DNA of 64,000 nt from assembly GCF_009914755.1 (NCBI RefSeq), contig NC_060948.1. One strand, 5' to 3'. The stretch is from the human T2T-CHM13v2.0 reference genome, Homo sapiens. Below, piece after piece: positions 58,485 to 64,000 of this stretch; the first letter of the stretch is position 1; every line of letters starts with the position of its first letter. The position numbers and the translations under genes are program-made. The notes below the pieces were generated by a model. It saw nothing but the letters and a program-made list of their open reading frames with translations. It ran no database searches and was not told the DNA's origin.

Positions 58485-60591
58485 AGATCCATACTTTTTA
58501 AATGAAAAAAAATTTCAAAGGTACTCTGCTTGGTACAATAATCAAATGTATAAACTGAGGAATAAAACATAACCATGAAACCTACTTATAACTGCATATG
58601 GAAAATACAGAGGATAATTTTTTAAATAACATATTTTGAAAGCCTTAACTAGTAATTTGAAGAGTTGGCATTTGAAAGGCCAGTATGAATATACCTTCAA
58701 AGCAGCAACACAGGTTCCCCATGAGAAAAAGCAAACTCAGGGAAAATAAAAACACAAAGGTTCAATCTCTTCTGACCTTTGAAAGACACAGCACAGACAG
58801 TGGTCCTTAGGACGAAGAGCAGGAGACCCCTAATTCCGTCACCATGGCGATAGGGCATAAACATTGCTGGGTGAGGGCACAATCCACATTGTGAGGTCCA
58901 ACTGCTGCCAGGAAGACAGGCGTGCTTTTACATAGACCGAAAGGTCATTGAAGGCTCAGAGTTTTGTTTCAAGAACTGAATCCCAAGCCCACACGTTATT
59001 AGGCTGCGCTTCTTAAACCAAGTTATGAGATGGGAAAAAGGGCACCCACAAACATACGTATACATTAGGTATATAATAATATACAGTGTCATATATATAA
59101 TATATATAACCTATGTATAATATTGTTTTACATCCTGCATCTTATGTTATATATATTGTATAAAATATAATTATTGATAATATATAAGTTTTATAATTAT
59201 GCTACATGACATATAGTATATATTATAATTTATGTCATATATAATATATGTTATATATCATATATAGAATATATTATACGGTTAATATACGTATTAAATA
59301 TAAATTATACATTATATATATTATATATAATATATCTGTTATATATAATACCCATTATGCATAATATATATATTATGTCTATGTTATATATAGTATAAAA
59401 CAACATATAATAATATATAATTGTATATATAAAATGCGACATATAATATATATTATATTTTATAACATATGTAATATATATTATATATTATATATAATAC
59501 GTTGTATGTATAATACCTATATTAAATATATATTATATGACTATGTTATTAATTACATGTCACATGTGTTATATATTATATATTTTACATAGAATGTACC
59601 GGTTACATACAATATATACTATGTTACCTATAATGTATAATTTATTACATGTAAAATAAAGAATGCAATATATTATGTATAATTTATAATATACAATATG
59701 TGGAATGTGATATATATAACATATAATATATGATATATGATATACAGTATATGATATATAACATACAATATATGATTCCTAATATATATGGTATACAATA
59801 TATATTTTATGATATGTATTCTATATGTTTTATATTCTGTTATATATAACTATTTGAAATTATATATAACTGTATAATATTTTATGTAAATATGTAATGT
59901 AATATATATAACTATATAATATATTATATATAACTATATATTATGTTATATATACTTTTATAACATAATTTACATAAAATATCATAATATAATATATATT
60001 ATATTATTTCATATTACATAATATATATTTCATATCACCCAATATAACTAACATACATAATATTATAATATAGATTATATTATGTTATATTAAATATCAT
60101 ATATATCATGTATCATATATTCTATAATATATATTACACATTATATAATATGTATGTTGTCTATTATGTGATATATATAACTATATATATAATTATATTT
60201 TTATACATATAACTAGATAAACATGTAATTCTACATATTTTCATTTATAATATGTAGAATTATATTATCATATATAATTATTTATATTGTATAAAAAATT
60301 TTATCATTATATAAATTATAATATATAAAAATTATAATATGTACTACAAATATATATATATTATATATCATATATGATATAGTACCTTTGTTATATATCA
60401 TAATACATATAAATGTGTATTATGTTATCTATAATTATATATTTTCATATATAAGATGTATAATATGTATCATATATTATATATGTTATGTAATATATAT
60501 AGTATATATAAGATGACACAGGATAAATATTATATACTATGACATATAAAATATATGAGGTTATATGTTACATATAAGGCATAGCACATAA

Positions 60592-60906
<315 letters not shown>

Positions 60907-63011
60907 AGATCCATACTTTTTAAATGAAAAAAAATTTCAAAGGTACTCTGCTTGGTACAATAATCAAATGTATACACTGAGGAATAAAACATAACCATGA
61001 AACCTACTTATAACTGCATATGGAAAATACAGAGGATAATTTTTTAAATAACATATTTTGAAAGCCTTAACTAGTAATTTGAAGAGTTGGCATTTGAAAG
61101 GCCAGTATGAATATACCTTCAAAGCAGCAACACAGGTTCCCCATGAGAAAAAGCAAACTCAGGGAAAATAAAAACACAAAGGTTCAATCTCTTCTGACCT
61201 TTGAAAGACACAGCACAGACAGTGGTCCTTAGGACGAAGAGCAGGAGACCCCTAATTCCGTCACCATGGCGATAGGGCATAAACATTGCTGGGTGAGGGC
61301 ACAATCCACATTGTGAGGTCCAACTGCTGCCAGGAAGACAGGAGTGCTTTTACATAGACCGAAAGGTCATTGAAGGCTCAGAGTTTTGTTTCAAGAACTG
61401 AATCCCAAGCCCACACGTTATTAGGCTGCGCTTCTTAAAACAAGTTATGAGATGGGAAAAAGGGCACCCACAAACATACGTATACATTATGTATATAATA
61501 ATATACAGTGTCATATATATAATATATATAACCTATGTATAATATTGTTTTACATCCTGCATCTTATGTTATATATATTGTATAAAATATAATTATTGAT
61601 AATATATAAGTTTTATAATTATACTATATGACATATAGTATATATTATAATTTATGACATATATAATATATGTTATATATCATATATAGAATATATTATA
61701 CGGTTAATATACGTATTAAATATAAATTATACATTATATATATTATATATAATATATCTGTTATATATAATACCCATTATGCATAATATATATATTATGT
61801 CTTTGTTATATATATTATAAAACAACATATAATAATATATAATTGTATATATAAAATGCGACATATAATATATATTATATTTTATAACATATGTAATATA
61901 TATTATATATTATATATAATACGTTGTATGTATAATACCTATATTAAATATATATTATATGACTATGTTATTAATTACATGTCACATGTGTTATATATTA
62001 TATATTTTACATAGAATATACCGGTTACATACAATATATACTATGTTACCTATAATGTATAATTTATTACATGTAAAATAAAGAATGCAATATATTATGT
62101 AAAATTTATAACATACAATATGTGGAATGTGATATATATAACATATAATATATGATATATGATATACAATATATGATATATAACATACAATATATGATTC
62201 CTAATATATATGGTATACAATATATATTTTATGATATGTATTCTCTATGTTTTATATTCTGTTATATATAACTATTTGAAATTATATATAACTGTATAAT
62301 ATTTTATTTAAATATTTAATATAATATATATAACTATATAATATATTATATATAACTATATATTATGTTATATATACTTTTATAACATAATTTACATAAA
62401 ATATCATAATATAATATATATTATATTATTTCATATTACATAATATATATTACATATCTCCCAATATAACTAACATACATAATATTATAATATAGATTAT
62501 ATTGTGTTATATTAAATATCATATATATCATGTATCATATATTCTATAATATATATTACACATTATATAATATGTATGTTGTCTATTATGTGATATATAT
62601 AACTATATATATAATTATATTTTTATACATATAACTAGATAAACATGTAATTCTACATATTTTCATTTATAATACGTAGAATTATATAATCATATATAAT
62701 TATTTATATTCTATAAAAAATTTTATCATTATATAAATTATAATATATAAAAATTATAATATGTACTACAAATATATATATTATATATCATATATGATAT
62801 AGTACCTTTGTTATATATCATAATACATATAAATGTGTATTATGTTATCTATAATTATATAATTTCATATATAAGATGTATAATATGTATCATATATTAT
62901 ATATGTTATGTAATATATATAGTATATATAAGATGACACAGGATAAATATTATATACTATGACATATAAAATATATCAGGTTATATGTTACATATAAGGC
63001 ATAGCACATAA

Positions 63012-63326
<315 letters not shown>

Positions 63327-64000
63327 AGATCCATATTTTTTAAATGAAAAAAAATTTCAAAGGTACTCTGCTTGGTACAATAATCAAATGTATAAACTGA
63401 GGAATAAAACATAACCATGAAACCTACTTATAACTGCATATGGAAAATACAGAGGATAATTTTTTAAATAACGTATTATGAAAGCCTTAACTAGTAATTT
63501 GAAGAGTTGGCATTTGAAAGGCCAGTATGAATATACCTTCAAAGCAGCAACACAGGTTCCCCATGAGAAAAAGCAAACACAGGGAAAATAAAAACACAAA
63601 GGTTCAATCTCTTCTGACCTTTGAAAGACACAGCACAGACAGTGGTCCTTAGGACGAAGAGCAGGAGACCCCTAATTCCGTCACCATGGCGATAGGGCAT
63701 AAACATTGCTGGGTGAGGGCACAATCCACATTGTGAGGTCCAACTGCTGCCAGGAAGACAGGAGTGCTTTTACATAGACCGAAAGGTCATTGAAGGCTCA
63801 GAGTTTTGTTTCAAGAACTGAATCCCAAGCCCACACGTTATTAGGCTGCGCTTCTTAAAACAAGTTATGAGATGGGAAAAAGGGCACCCACAAACATACG
63901 TATACATTATGTATATAATAATATACAGTATCATATATATAATATATATAACCTATGTATAATATTGTTTTACATCCTGCATCTTATGTTATATATATTG

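Overview
The whole 64 kb window is one uninterrupted, single-orientation tandem array of a ~2.42 kb composite satellite unit: 26 complete units plus a partial 27th. Each unit has three parts: an antisense, slightly 5'-truncated, diverged Alu (~290 bp); a ~570 bp non-Alu segment of moderate GC (HSATI-like); and a ~1.56 kb extremely AT-rich degenerate (TA)n domain. The four HaeIII sites per unit predict fragments of 45, 25, 204 and ~2148 bp. This structure matches human DYZ2/HSat1B (the classic 2.1 kb HaeIII repeat), most likely from Yq12 heterochromatin. I see no credible protein-coding gene, RNA gene, CRISPR array or novel gene system, and all listed ORFs look like chance products of the repeat. 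The information lies in the variation between units: two interleaved haplotype classes, recent monomer and dimer duplications, a mappable unequal-exchange junction near 16.2 kb, one unit lacking the Alu-internal 16-bp duplication, variants shared between distant units, and many 18-20 bp perfect AT palindromes. Unit starts (acacaggata): 1, 2423, 4845, 7265, 9671, 12091, 14513, 16933, 19355, 21775, 24195, 26617, 29039, 31461, 33882, 36304, 38726, 41149, 43571, 45990, 48410, 50830, 53252, 55674, 58094, 60516, 62936. All comparisons were made by eye, not by alignment software.
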